NCBI GenBank assembly: GCA_951406725.2
Contig: OX597814.1
Location: forward strand, 177,568,001-177,632,000
Length of the DNA stretch: 64,000 bases
Origin: Octopus vulgaris
Lineage: Eukaryota
Reading direction: 5' to 3'
Of this stretch, positions 1 through 14,428 are shown piece by piece. The notes under the pieces are model-generated. The model ran no database searches and was not told where the DNA came from. It saw nothing but the letters and a program-made list of their open reading frames with translations. Made by a program: the position numbers and the translations under genes. Every line of letters starts with the position of its first letter. Positions within the stretch are counted from its first letter, which is position 1.

Positions 1-368
1 TGTTTCTTTGGCATACCTGTAGAAAGCTCTGGGCTTAGATTTTATGTTTTCTATAGCCCAGGCTTCTTTGTCTGCTCTTTCTTTTTCATGGGAGAGTTGC
101 AGACATTTTTCGATTTCCAACAGTTTTATTTTTAGGCGGGACTTTTCACTGCTTTCAATCTGTTTGTTTAGGCGATTTGAAAATTTCGTACGCCGTCTCA
201 TTAAAATTTTCCTCTCTCTGGGGATTTTGTTCTTGTGTACAGTGGCCTTTCTCTCTGGGACACATTTGTAGCATATGGCTTGCATTACAGACATGAATTG
301 TTGAAGTTTCACGTCGATTTCTGGCGAGGAGAGACATTCAGGCCAGTTTTGTTTGAGGATCTATTTGA
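1..368 (-). mobile_element. CR1/Jockey-group LINE ORF2 fragment (endonuclease-RT linker), runs off the window edge
   Basis: Stop-free manual translation [22 protein letters not shown]...KIPRERKILMRRR...DKEAWAIENIKSKPRAFYRYAKET matches the IKxNPKxFYxYxK linker motif. The upstream end abuts (AT)n. Confidence 0.75.
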
Positions 369-460
369 GGATATATTTATATATATATAAATATATATAG
401 ATATATATATATATAAATATATATATATGTAAATAAATAAATACATATATATGTATATAA

Positions 461-508
<48 letters not shown>

Positions 509-511
<3 letters not shown>

Positions 512-706
512 GCACGGACTTTGTCAGTGAACAGGTCGCGGATTTTAGCGACGAAAATATTTTGACAAATTAAACTTAAATGTTGGAGTGAATCGAACGG
601 CTTTTGTGTGTTTCTTAAATGGCTTATAAACACCTCCCACGCTGCAATTGTTTTCGTTTCAGCACACGATCTCAGATCAAATTACTTGCTATGCGAGTAC
701 ATCTCC
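509..706 (+). mobile_element. ~200-bp hammerhead-bearing short repeat (PLE pseudo-LTR-like) inserted in (AT)n
   Basis: Complex-sequence island within microsatellite that contains the HHR at 520-569. A 48-bp flank is duplicated (421-468 = 711-758). Confidence 0.6.
520..569 (+). ncRNA. Minimal type-I hammerhead ribozyme, G3-C8 swapped core
   Basis: UUUGUCA-GUGAACA-G-GUCGC-ggauuuua-GCGAC-GAAA-AUAU-UU-UGACAAA: 7-bp helix I, 5-bp helix II, palindromic helix III (AAUAUU). Confidence 0.75.
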
Positions 707-763
707 ATATATATATATGTAAATAAATAAATACATATATATGTATATAAATATGTATGTATA

Positions 764-813
<50 letters not shown>

Positions 814-841
814 GATACATATATATGTATATAAATATGCA

Positions 842-873
<32 letters not shown>

Positions 874-1411
874 AAGCTATCGCTTCATCGCCTGAATGAA
901 GACCCGGTTCTGTAGTAGGATTTATTTGTTCCTCATTTCAATAGTGTCTAGTATTTCTATGCAGTTCTCGCTTCAAGATATATTTGAAATTTTGTAAAGT
1001 AGCATATATTTCTCGAGAGAATAGAATAATAGTGTAACGAACGAATGATTGCTTTTCATAACGAAGCTACAAACAGCTAATCGAGTAAAATACATTTGCC
1101 TCGAGGTATATTCGATCAGGGTGCATCTATTTCAAACAAGAACAATGACAAGAACAAATTACTGAACAATCTCCAGCCTTGATGTAGTGCAGAAATTATT
1201 GGATTTCCTCTGGAGTATACTGCAGCTGTACGTTATCCAGAGTTCGAATATTATTTTCCCATTCATTCGCTCTTCCTTCGTCGTGGTTGTACAACCAATT
1301 CCAACCGGTCAGGATTCACAATACAGGTTATATTAGTTTTTTCTTTCCATCTCGGAATTCGAAACATGGCTTGTGAGATGATTTTCATGAGTCACAATCT
1401 CACTCGTCACA

Positions 1412-1540
1412 AGATTACTCATTTACGGCTGAGTGGACAGAACAACGTGAAATGAAGAGTTTTGTTCAAGAACACAACGCTCATTCGGTCTGGGAATCGA
1501 AACATTGATCTCGAGACCAAGAGTGCAACACCCTAAATAG
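1412..1540 (-). mobile_element. Degenerate tRNA-SINE fragment
   Basis: Homologous to the head/core of the SINEs at 23407 and 42391 (caacgtgaaatgaag...ttgttcaagaacacaacgc). Confidence 0.55.
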
Positions 1541-3098
1541 TAAGTTCCCGAAATTACAATATCTTAATTAATAGCGACAGAAGTAATACCAATAACAATA
1601 AGTAATATCTTATTTTTTCAATATATCTGAGTAGTTGTGGTTATACACTAGCTAACCATGAGTGGGACTAAAATCTGATTTGACTTCTATGTGGACTTTC
1701 TTTACTTAATTTGTTAAAACATTGCTTCTGCAAATCAGAGTTGCTTTGCGATGAAATCACGTATGGCTAATTTAGCTAATAAAATGCTGTATATCAAAAG
1801 AATAAAGTGTTCATTTATGACATGTATTAATGTGATAAACAGAGACATTTACTTAACCTTTCATGATATTTAACATTTCTGATTGGAAGATCAGCCAGCT
1901 CTGTTGACCTGTAAAAATCTAGAAAATCCTCAATGCTTGAAGTACAGAGACATTTAATATTAAATGCACTGACAAGCAAAATTCCTGCTGCTAATACGAA
2001 CTCATGTTCAATGCGTTTGTTGTCTTGCGTTGTATGTATTTGACTATTTCACGTTTATGTTATTTACGAGCCAAGGTCATCGTTATTATACTGAACCCAA
2101 TACGAAATACTCAGTACTTTGCCAGTTTAATGAATTCCGAACTGGATATAATTATGCCATTATGGATCACATTTAAATTGCAAAATTCGCAGTAAGGCGT
2201 TTCATTATTGAGTCGGTATATCTGTGCTTTTAATCTTCAGTGTTATAAGGTACCATGTAAACTGAATGGAATTAAATTACCTCAGCAGCTGTCAGAAGTT
2301 ATATTATAGCGAAATTAAGAGGTGAATATATTATATCTACGATGCCAATATTTTACTCTGTTTGATTGTACATTCACTCTGTTTGTGAGTCATAAATTAC
2401 ACAGAGCATAAAATATATAACGAAATTTTCCATATAAATATTTTTGCAGTTATGTTGTTGTCGTTGTTTCTATATGCAAAGGTGTTCTAATAGTGAACAT
2501 CCTACTTCTTCATTTTGCAGACATAACATATCTAGGTCTACATTAGCTGATGTGCTATCCGTCCTTCTTTAAGCGACGGCGAGGTGTGATTTGAGCGATT
2601 GGACTTAATGGGAAAACAATAGCGCCTGAAAAATGAAAGTCATAACAATAGAGGGTGGGAGAGAGCTAGCTAGTTAGACAAATGAAATAGATATAGATAG
2701 ATTGATAAGATATAGACAAATACAGCCAGATAGATAGATACAGAGATAGAAATGGATAGAGAGATATAGATAGAGATAGAGAGAGATATAGAGATATAGA
2801 GATACGCGTGAAAAGCGAATACATACACATCTCTGTTTTATATATTAGATGAGATTGTGATAATTTTTTGACCAATGAATGTAAGAGAGACAATCAATTT
2901 CTGAAAGTTACTTTGCAAAAGAGTTACCTTCCTTCTCCATATAACCCAGGAACGGGTATTTTCTGCCTCCAGCGGGGCCTGTTACTCATTATGTGAAAGA
3001 TTTTAAGAGTCTAAGCGTTTCTGGAAAATAAGTAATCTATGTTCCCAGTTTGGAGAAAATCAGTTGAAAAATACGGCCGTTATAATCTTTTACACACA

Positions 3099-3142
<44 letters not shown>

Positions 3143-3144
3143 CA

Positions 3145-3179
<35 letters not shown>

Positions 3180-3189
3180 AACACACACA

Positions 3190-3224
<35 letters not shown>

Positions 3225-3369
3225 CAGAACGGGATTTATATTATAGATTTTCATCTGAATAAACTCGAGAAACGGGAAATGATGCGCTTTGCTTATGGAC
3301 AGAATGAGCCGCAAGGCCCAAGTGAAAAAACCCACCCCGAATAAATATCCATAAGCTCGACACGATCAA

Positions 3370-3845
3370 ATAGTTGAGAAGCATAGTTTGCGACAAGTGT
3401 TTTCGGGTTCAGTGCCATTGACTGGCACCTTGGGAAAATGATTCCTACTATGACACTGGTTTATCGATGCCTTTGAGTGAATTTGGTACATCAAAACTGT
3501 GTGAAGGCCTGTCGCGTGTGTGTGGACATGTGAGCTTCTTCGTGTGTGTATGCTTCCCCCATAACTGCTTCACGCCCGGTGTGGTAATGTTTATGTCTCC
3601 GTTATCTAGTGTTTTAGCAATACAGTCCAATGGAATAATTACAGGACTTAAAAAGATAAGTACTGTACTGCCTCGATATTCGAGTTAATTCATTCCTGGT
3701 GAAGGCACGTAATGCAAAAACTCGTAAACACGGGGTCTCGTAAAGCGAGTCCTTGTACAGTGAGGTATTATTGTAGCTGAGTCCTTTTATTCGACTCAAA
3801 TCCAGAACGGTCGCAACACAAGTGATTGAAATAAGTAAAAATAGA
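3370..3845 (+). mobile_element. Old degenerate copy of the abundant octopus tRNA-SINE (OK-like)
   Basis: Diverged matches ggttcagt...tggcaccttggg...gataagtact...tgattgaaataagtaaaa to the intact copy at 29791. Confidence 0.55.
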
Positions 3846-5516
3846 GATTGTATCCACTAGCCTCCAAGTTCAAATAAATTACGATATTGATTTGATCATG
3901 TTTTTATCTATATTTGCTGTAAATCTATGTTCATTCAGTGCATATCATCCTTCTATAGTCATTAATAAAACCTTCCCTTTCCTACCACCTCTTCTTCGCT
4001 CTTATTGCCCTCTATCACCCTTGAACTATAAACTATGTGTTACAAGTCGGAAATGAAAATGAAAATATAGTCGCTGGAATTCGTGGAGACAAATAATGGT
4101 TAAGTGCAAAACAAGCAGCGAGCAACAAACAAGAGCAAATACAGCAACAAAAGGAGAATAAGAGCAAATAGAACAACAAACGGAGAATAAAAGTAAAAGC
4201 AAAATCCATAACGAGTGTAAAAGCAAGGATAACAATCGTACAAACAAACAATACGAAAGCTGATGTGCGAAGTTTTAATTAAGAAACCGAGCATTTCAAA
4301 TCATTTGAATTGAATTCCGCAGTCAAATTATGCTATCAAGAGTATGATGAATCTATTTAATTCTGTAACTGATTTGTTGATAAGAATACATCGTTGTCGA
4401 CGACGACAACTACAACAAAAACATTAGCGACACACACAAACATATAACTGTAATACTAATCTCGAATAGCAACGAGAACAAGAATTACGAGGACTATCGA
4501 GGAGAAAATAACAAGGAAATAAAAACAAATAAAAAGACAAGAAAAAAACAACAAATACTGATGAACAAATGACGGAAGAAAACGAAGCAGAGAAGAAAAA
4601 AAAAGAACAATAATAATTACGGCAACGGACAAACAATTTGAAATAACACTAAAAGAAAACAATGAAAATTATATAGAAAGAAATGGAAAAGAAATAAATA
4701 AGATATGAAAGAAAAAAGAGAGAAAAGGTCGTTCCCACTTGCCGTCTCTAGAATAAGAAGAAATAATAAAATAATAATAATAAGAAGAATAAAAATAAAA
4801 AAAAAAACATTTTATAAAAACCCATACGAAACGAAACAAGTAAAACAGCCTGGCAGCAACGTATAAATCTGTCTTCGTAGAAATATTAAAGCGTATGTGA
4901 TTGTGTGAGTAACATTAGCGGTGGAATAATAACGTACATGTCGTAATTACTTCTGTTTGGCGTGAACATACATTAACAACAATTATCTGTGTACATTGCC
5001 TCGTTGTGCAATATAATAATTTAGAGATCATATAGTTTTTAATTGGCATCGTTGATTTAAACAGTAGCAGCAGCGGCGGCAGCAGCAGCAGCAGAAGTCA
5101 CAGTAGCAGCAGGAGCAACAGAAAGAGTTGGAGTAACAACCGCTTCATCATTATCATCACCGTCGTCGTCGTCGGCACCATGACCACCACCACCACCACC
5201 ACTAGCTGAACCGCTTTTGGAACAATACTCACAGAATGCAAAACTAGTACTATACCCACTGGGTAGTTCATCAGGGGGGGAAAAAAAGAAAAAAGAAGAA
5301 AATAAAATAAAAAAAGAAAACAAACAAAAAGAAGAAAGAAAAAAACAAAAAAAGGATGCACAATTGAACCAAATAGAAGTAGACCTTTCTAATAGACTGA
5401 CGTTTTACAATAGGTTAATCTTAAATTGAAATATAATCGATAACTCTGATATTCGATGCGGAAGAAACAATAACTATAGACTAGAACATAACGCCCCCAA
5501 ACTCAATATACTATAG

Positions 5517-5581
<65 letters not shown>

Positions 5582-5762
5582 TACACACACACACACACAC
5601 ACACGCACATACATCCTACATACATATATACATATGTGAATATACATATATATGTATATATAAATACACAAAAATACGTGGTTATATACACGTATATGTG
5701 TATATACTTACACATACATATATATGTGAATATATATACGTATATGTGTATATATAAATGCT

Positions 5763-5799
<37 letters not shown>

Positions 5800-6495
5800 G
5801 TATATATACATATGTATATATAAATACACATATATATAAATGTATATATATATAAATACACGCACACGCACATATATTTATATATATATAGAGAGAGAGA
5901 TAGATAAGAAAAATACTTCGACAATATATCCCTCTAAGATATACTATTTACATTTTTAACAATTTTTGCTTTCATCTCTCTCTCTCTCTCTCGCCACACA
6001 CACACACACACACACATATCCTCATACATATAATGCTTCTATTAAGGAAGACGTAACTTTATTTAGCAATGCCTGAAAACTGTCTAAGTTCTGGCTTTCT
6101 CTGTCTCTCTGTCTCTCTATCTATGTATCTATCTCTCCCCGTATATGTGGCCACGCTCGCATGTGTGTGTATACCTACATATATATCTTTCTATCAACTT
6201 AGATATTCCTCTACCTAAGCACCCATTCATGATGTCAACCACTCATGTATGTCGTGTGTCTAAACGAGTCAGTCTTTTGATCAGCAACGGCAGACAGGTT
6301 GAATGGTTTCCTGAATATTAAAATACACCGCCAGGTATCTTGTAAATATTTCATAGTTTGTTGCGCGACGAATCTAAAATCCAGTCTTACTATTTATTTA
6401 ACGGACATAGACATGACCATAGTACCGACTACCTGTTGAGTCGTTATGTATTCACACTAGTAAATTACCTCAGATAAGTTTTGTATTACCTAGAT

Positions 6496-6849
6496 CAGTG
6501 ATTCTCATCTGGGGTCCATATAACCCCTAGGGACCCACATAAGATTTTGTTAAAATTTATGTGAAATAAATTGGTTTTACAATACACAAAATATTTTAAT
6601 TTTTTTAAAAGAGTTCCTAATAATATTTAATCATAGAAATATAAAAGGATTTTTTAAACATCAAAATGGTTATGGAGATACGGTAAAGTTAAGTTGGAAC
6701 AAAAGGTGTCCTTTGAATCAAATAAATCAAAGGTAGAAGTTACCAAATTCTACTTTATTTGGTAGAATTGGATCAGATCTACCAAATCGGTAGAATAGGT
6801 ATTTTCTACATATTCTACCAAATAGGAAGAAAATGGTTGGGAACTACTG
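6496..6849. mobile_element. hAT (Charlie-like) MITE
   Basis: TIRs cagtgattctca / tgggaactactg; 8-bp TSD acctagat/atctagat, matching the NTCTAGAN Charlie-type target. Confidence 0.7.
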
Positions 6850-6857
6850 ATCTAGAT

Positions 6858-7197
6858 CTTTGATTCTCAACCAGGATTCATATAACCCTTGGAGGCGGGA
6901 TCCATATACGATTTTTGGGGGTCCGCGCATCGAAAATGGTAAACTGGGGATCCACTGTAGTATTTTAAGGGCCCATGTAGAGTTTTGTTTTATATGTACC
7001 TATTCCAAGAAAAAGATAGGTTTATTTCTCTAATGTTTATTTTAACTTAGGCAAGTCAATGTGTGAATAAAAAAATACAAATTTTGGAAGAAGTATCTAT
7101 AAAACTAGATTTTATACATCGAATGGCTATGGGGTCAACCAGAATAAAATAGTAAGCAAAGGGGTCTATAATTAAAAAGCGGGATTGAGAACTACTG
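6858..7197. mobile_element. hAT (Charlie-like) MITE, tandem to the previous one
   Basis: TIRs ctttgattctcaacc / gattgagaactactg; TSD atctagat/gtctagat shared with the first copy. Confidence 0.7.
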
Positions 7198-7663
7198 GTC
7201 TAGATTCTCATATGTTGCTGCTCCTGATGATGATGGTGATGACAATGATGATGAGGTCTCACATCAATTCCAAAGTATGGACGTCCTATCAGCTGGGTAA
7301 CATTTTCATCGCATTAGTTTGCACTCACGTGCGCCTTTGCCATTATGTTCAGGGACACTCAGTGTAACACCCGTATGATAAAGACTAAATCTTTGAATTA
7401 CAGATACATACTATCCAATGAGATTCTATACAATTTCTGTCTTCGAAAATACACTGAAAGGCCTGGGTCGGTTCCATGATATGGCAAAACGAATTTGCTA
7501 GGTTCAGGTAGTGCTAGCTTGGGCAAGTTGGGATTTCATGCTTCCGAAGCAAACTTCTCAAACTCTCAACCATCCATTATCTAATATTCATATAGGTTTA
7601 TGTATGTATGTAAGTGTGTATGTATGTTTGTATGTATAAATATTGAAGCATAACATACATGTT

Positions 7664-8068
7664 AGTTAGTTAGTTAGTTAGTTTAGTTAGTTAATTTGGC
7701 TCAAAAGCAAATAGCAAGGCCATGTAGGGGGACATGGAGTTAAGTACAGGGTGGTGTTCATGTAAAGAGTTCAGGCCACTTGAGGTCAAGGGAGGCTTTG
7801 AACAAAGCGGTCGTCGGCATCTTCACCATCTCGTCTGGCAGCTTGTTCCACGGATCCGCAACCCGGACGGAGAAAGCCCCCCTCCTTCGATTGAGATGAA
7901 ATCGTCGCAGATAGAGCTTTTCGGAATGACCCCGCAGCCGACACTCTGGACTAGGAGTGAAGAACAGCTCTTTCAAGAGGTTACACTTTCCGCTTATGAT
8001 GCTGTGGGTGAGAATGAGATCACCACGGCGGCGGCGTTTTTCTAGAGAATAAAGATCGAGCGTCCTCA
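7664..8068 (-). mobile_element. 5'-truncated CR1 LINE 3' end, young
   Basis: ORF LDLYSLEKRRRRGDLILTHSII...LRGHSEKL...FSVRVADPWNKLPDEMV...FKASLD is a canonical CR1 C-terminus. (TAAC)n tail; 9-bp TSD atacatgtt at 7655-7663 and 8069-8077. Confidence 0.92.
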
Positions 8069-9689
8069 ATACATGTTTATATATTCACATAGACGCACAT
8101 GATATTCATATCTATCTATCTTATACACGCACATATGCACATACACACACACAGAGACTTAATGCATACACAGGTACATACTTATAAACTCACACATGCA
8201 CACTTAAATGCACACACATACATATACACGCACGCGCCCATACAAACATCTGCAGTGTTTGGTGGAGACCATATTTCCGAAAGCAAATTCATAACTGGGT
8301 AAGTCTAATGTACTTATCCTTTTGTAGTTAATCGTTGTAAGATATTTAAGAATCAACAATACCAGTTTGTTCCAGTAGTTTGTATCACAACGTACATTTA
8401 AGGTTGTGCCTGTGAGATACTGAAATATTAAAGATAAATACCATATTTACCAAGCAATTACAAATTAATTTAAACAAAGTGTTTTGATATGATTGTAGCA
8501 CACGTGTGTGGTACCAAGCGTCGCAATATACTTATCATGTTTAGATAAAATCTCATCTTAGTTCAGAATATATCGATTAATATCTGAAGAACCGGCGGCT
8601 GTTGTCACAACGCTGGTACTCAATGTTTTCCGTAGCTATTGTTAGCTACAATGGACTAATTCACCTTGCAGTCAACGTATAAAAGAAAATATCCTTTTAA
8701 ATTTAACCGATATGAACTATAAGGTCTCGTGGCCCATTGTTATTAGCCACTAGTATGATGACGTACATGGTCTTCATGGTTCGAGTTCCTTTTACAAATA
8801 AATCTCGGTTAGAGTTGATGAAAAAAGAAAAACAAGAAAAAATAAAACTTAAGAAACATGCTTAAAGCCCAACAAATATCTGTTATGTTATTGTGAATTA
8901 AAACGAATACTGTTTCGCAATTTTAAAAATACATAATTGGAAATTAACACTCTCAATTTCTAAAATTTGGATCGATGAAATTACAACTTTTTAAAGCCAG
9001 CCAATGTATGGTTAAAACTATTACTTTTCACGATTCGTGCACCAACGCCATCTTCCAGTCAACTTCTCGCGCTTCCAACTATGCAATAATTCCACTGAAA
9101 ACAACTGCTGTAAATTCCCTCTTATCTTGCTAATTCAAATTGGTTGTAGTCATCACCGTCCCTGTACGGTTCGTTTTCACAGGCATTTACACGTTTGTAA
9201 AGGATAATAAAACAGTTTTCTGCTTCTTTAGAAAGAAACTACGAGTTAAGTACAAGTTTAAGGGACTACATAAGGACTACATCCATGTATAATGTCTTCA
9301 AAACGTAGGGTGAAATTTGATCAGGAATTTTGACTTCTCCGGGGTTTGTATCTTGCGTTAACTTTTTAATGAATTTAATTTGTAGATCACGCTCAGTGTC
9401 ATTTCAGAAGTAGAATTCCTGATGTTGGATTGTAGGTCATTCACGTTGCCCTTTGTTCTTTTTTTTTTTTTTGCAAAACAAGCATTTCTTTCATCCTCTA
9501 ACTTTACTTGTTTTGCATGCATTGTATGCATTTACATACAATGTGAGGAATATGCGAGGGGACTATTATCGGAGTTTCAAAAGGACGAAGAGAAATAGAA
9601 ATGTACTACAATTACCAATAATTTCTGTCGTTAGAATATATGCATATATATACATAAACAAACACACTCACACACACACATATATATAT

Positions 9690-9740
<51 letters not shown>

Positions 9741-10508
9741 TACGTGTATATATACCGTGGAGATCGCTAATTGATTGAGATGGTCATTAGTGGCGGTGGG
9801 GGGGGGCTGCAGTCTCAATACGCTATAATTGTTTCTGTGAACCTATATTTTATTACCCATTATGCATGTATCTGTTTGTCTGTCTGTATGTGTGTCTATT
9901 TCTCTATATACATCTATCTATCTATCTAGCGATCGATCTATTATGAATATAAGTACACACACACACATATATAGATATATATATATTTATCTCATTTACA
10001 CATATCGCAATGCTTCAACATTTCAGCCTATTAGTGTATTGATTTCTAGAGTTTGGGGTAGAGTGTACGGTATGATAGTTACAAAAATTTATTTTACCCA
10101 CAACAGCGAAGACGAAAACGAAGCAGCCTATACGAGCAGTATATCTGCACGTCCATCTGTCCGTCTGGGGACACACATACGTGCGCGCCCACACACATAG
10201 TTAATGGTCATATTTATGTACAAATATAAAAAGTGTCCCTCAGTAATGATAGTTATGTATATTATAGAATCAAAAGTGAAAGTAAGTAGGGAGATGCTGA
10301 ATGCTTAAATACGTGAAGAGAAATTGAAGGAAAAATGTAAACGTCAAAAAATTATAATTGTGAAAACATATAAATGGTTATTTTCTACAATACTACTTAT
10401 ATAAATTGATGTTAATCAGAACTGATGTGAATATATATTAATTAAAACGTAAGGAAATATTGCACAGAGTGTCTGCTTTAACTCTTCAACAGTTAGTATT
10501 ATTATGTT

Positions 10509-10540
<32 letters not shown>

Positions 10541-11147
10541 TTACAAAACATCATTAAGAATTAAGCTTTCAAGATAATGAATTGAAATTTTAGATATTTT
10601 CCAGCGATCTAACTTGACATTAATATAAGCACATTATGGTGCATACACCACATATCACATACACACATCTATCTATCTATCTATCTATCGTGGTTTTGGT
10701 AGATGGATTCTGAAAGAAGCCAATTGTACACACAGACACACACACACTCTCTCTCACTGTCTCACACATACATGTATATATATGAATGTATGAGTATATG
10801 TATACCACGGGCTTCCTGTATCGTTGCTTAAGATACACACCCACACCTATATTTATATATACATGCATATATATATATATACATATATATGTGTATATGC
10901 ATATACATACAAACAGACACATATTTATAGACGCATAAGCGCCAATGTGTGTTTGCATGTGTGTAGGTGTAAGTGTAGTTTGCTTTAGTGAGTTTATCAC
11001 AAGAAGATCTTGAATTAAGTTGATTATTGTTCTGTGATTATCCTCTTGAATGCATGCAAAATATGTATGTATGTATGTATATAACTATATGTGTGTGTAT
11101 GTGTATATGTATACATATGTGTGCGTATGTATGTATATATATATATA

Positions 11148-11412
<265 letters not shown>

Positions 11413-11963
11413 ATATATATATTAGAAAGAAAACGGCCTTGCAGTATTTTATTGACGCTTATCTTAAATTACAATCACTCGAATTCATTATATTTGAGTT
11501 TAATTGCTTCGAAATCTGCTGGCAAGGTTAATTTAAAAGAGGAATATTGCTTCACTCAGAACTGCTGTACATAAGCAATTCACAAGAAGGTTCACGCTGA
11601 CCTTCATAAAGACAAAGATAAGAAAACATAAAGCCTAAAATTTCAATTTTCCTTTGGCGTGTTGAAGTATTTTCTTAGATAAAATGCTTTTTGCATAATA
11701 TTGTACTAATTTTCCTAATTGCTTTAAATGAGTTTTTTCTTTTTATTTTCGAATAAATAAAATCTTTTAATGTCATTTCCAATATATGCACACACACCAT
11801 ATCTTTATTTATTCTGTTTGAAGGTAAAAGAGAGGTTTCAGGTAAAGTGAAATAGCATTTGACATTCTCTTTGAAACAAAAATTGCCTGTATGCAAAATT
11901 TCAGCTATTTATGTGTAAAAGTGCGGTCTACATAGTGGGAGATGCATTCAATAATGCTTTCAG

Positions 11964-11999
<36 letters not shown>

Positions 12000-12044
12000 A
12001 CATTCACTCACACACATACACACACACAAACACGCGTATATATA

Positions 12045-12230
12045 GCATGCCGGGAAACATGCTTAGTGACATTTCGTTTCTCTTTGCGTTCTGATTACGT
12101 TCAAACCCCGTCAAGGTCGACCCCGCCTTCCATCCTCACGCAGTCGATAAAATAAGTGCCTGTGCACCACTTGGCTCGATGTAACTGACTTATCGGTCCC
12201 TCCAAATTGCTGGCTTTGTGCCAAAATGTA
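12045..12230 (+). mobile_element. Nin-domain-type tRNA-SINE, degenerate
   Basis: aggtcgaccccgccttccatcctc...gtcgataaaataagt...tcgatgtaactgact. Confidence 0.6.
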
Positions 12231-12231
12231 A

Positions 12232-12303
<72 letters not shown>

Positions 12304-12359
12304 ATTATACATATATATATATATATTAACACATGCATTCCCTCTCTCACCTCAAGCAG

Positions 12360-13590
12360 TATCAATACATGCTGGTAGCTATTTTTGGATGTTGTCACAC
12401 CTATATGATAATACCATACTCCATTACAGACTACCATCCAACAGTAAAACACTTATAAGAAAAATAAAAGGATTAATCAAAATAAATCAACCGGATAAAA
12501 TATTGCCAGCTGCAACCGTATTTTACAGATATGGCGTCACTAGAATCAAAGAAATATCATCTTTAAAACTGCATGAACACTATCATCGATAGTAAAAGAA
12601 CAGTAGACAGAAAGAGGAAATGAAAGCATGGAGTCGCTGTCTCATCTGTTGAATCTCTGATAGAGGAAGACGACAGTCTGTGTAGTGGTGCAGAAGACAG
12701 TTGAGATTCTGTAGAAGCAATACTGCTCCACTATCAGCAACCGAACATGCATCGGTGAAAGAAAACTCCAGTACTCACTATCTATCATATCATATGATGC
12801 AGCTATTAACAAAATTACAAACACCGTAGCTGTAGGTCTCTACAGGTTCCTGCTAAAGTCCTGAAGGAGTGCGGATATAAGCTCCCATTCGATTTAGTTA
12901 TGCTCTGGAGGAGATCTTTGGACGCTGGCTACAATCCTAATATCCATTTTGCAATCGAATGTCCAAGTTTTCAAAAAGGGTCACAAATTGCTTTTAGTGA
13001 ATTACTGACAGATCTCACTTAACTCATATATCAAATTATATGAGAAAGTGGTGAGATAACAACTAACTAGCCTCTTGGAAAGTAACAGCCTACTTATTCT
13101 CAACCAGTATAGTATTTGCAATGGTAGGAGCTGCCTAACATAGCTCCCGCATCTTTTTCATGACCTACTAAAGGCTCTGGGAAAGGGCTCCAATACAGAT
13201 GTCATACCTCTCGACACCAGCAAGGCTTTCGACCAGGTTGAGCACCGCATCCTATTATAGAAACTATCCAACAGTCGAGTCCTAGCGAAACTATTAAAGT
13301 GGATTGATTTTTGCTGGTGAACGGAACCCAACTTGTGGTGATAGATGGTGTTCGATCAAAGTTGGCAAGGGACACTAGTTAAGAAACTGCATTGGGGTCA
13401 CTCTTTTTCATTATTCACATGCATGCCATCATTGACGTCACACATAACAACATTAGAATTTTCGTGGATGATACTAAGCTTCTAAAGTTCGTCGACAGGG
13501 CAAGAGACCAGACTCATTTCCAATCGTGTATGTTTGCTATTATCCAACGGGTGGAAAAAAAAATATGCACTTAAACGAGAATAAATTTAA
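12360..13590 (+). pseudogene. Decayed CR1-like LINE reverse transcriptase
   Basis: Broken-frame motifs PAKVLKECG, NGRSCLT, LDTSKAFDQVEHRILL, KLLKWI, LFFIIHM, IRIFVDDTKL, LNENKF, with many stops and frameshifts. The 5' boundary is approximate. Confidence 0.85.
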
Positions 13591-14176
13591 ATGCACTGGA
13601 GTGGCTGTGTGGTAAGTAAATTGCTTACCAACCACATAGTTCCGGGTTCATTCCCACTGCGTGGCAACTTGGGCAACTTGGGCAATTGTCTTCTACTATA
13701 GATCGGTACTCTAGCATGGCCGCAGTGAAATGACTGACACAAGTAAAAGAGAATAACCCACTTTAGTAAAGAGCTTGCACTTAAGCTATGGTTTCTTATA
13801 AAGAGATTATTTATAAAATGTAAAGATCCTCCTACATGAAACCATTGGTAATGTTGTTAAACCACCCCCTAAATAAAGTGTGTGCATATATATATGCTTC
13901 TTTTCGGGTGCGTGTATGTATATATGTCTGTGTGTGTAAGTTTACATTAATTCAGTGTTACTCGAAATGTACTAACTGACTGGCGATATTTATTCATTGT
14001 ATTGGAAACCTGTCTATATTATAGTTTATAGCTTTTTCTTTAAAGACTCTTTCATATTCTGGAATGTGTCTCTTGGAGTTTGAAACAGAGTAGTTGCTAA
14101 ATCCGTTATCAACTTTTCTGTAACCTCATAATATATATACATTGATACATACGTAAATACGAACACACATATATTA

Positions 14177-14207
<31 letters not shown>

Positions 14208-14428
14208 GGCGCACGCACACATATACACACACACGCACATATATATATATATAGGTATATACATTTATGTATTTATCGGTTTTTATGGAACTATCTAGTT
14301 GTGTGTGTGTATGTGTGTGTGTGTATGTGTGCGTGCGTGTGTTCGCGCACACGTATTAAAGAACCTGTCGTCGAGATAAATATGCGAATATTTTTTCTTC
14401 TTGCTTTGATGTTCGGAGAAAGGTGTTT

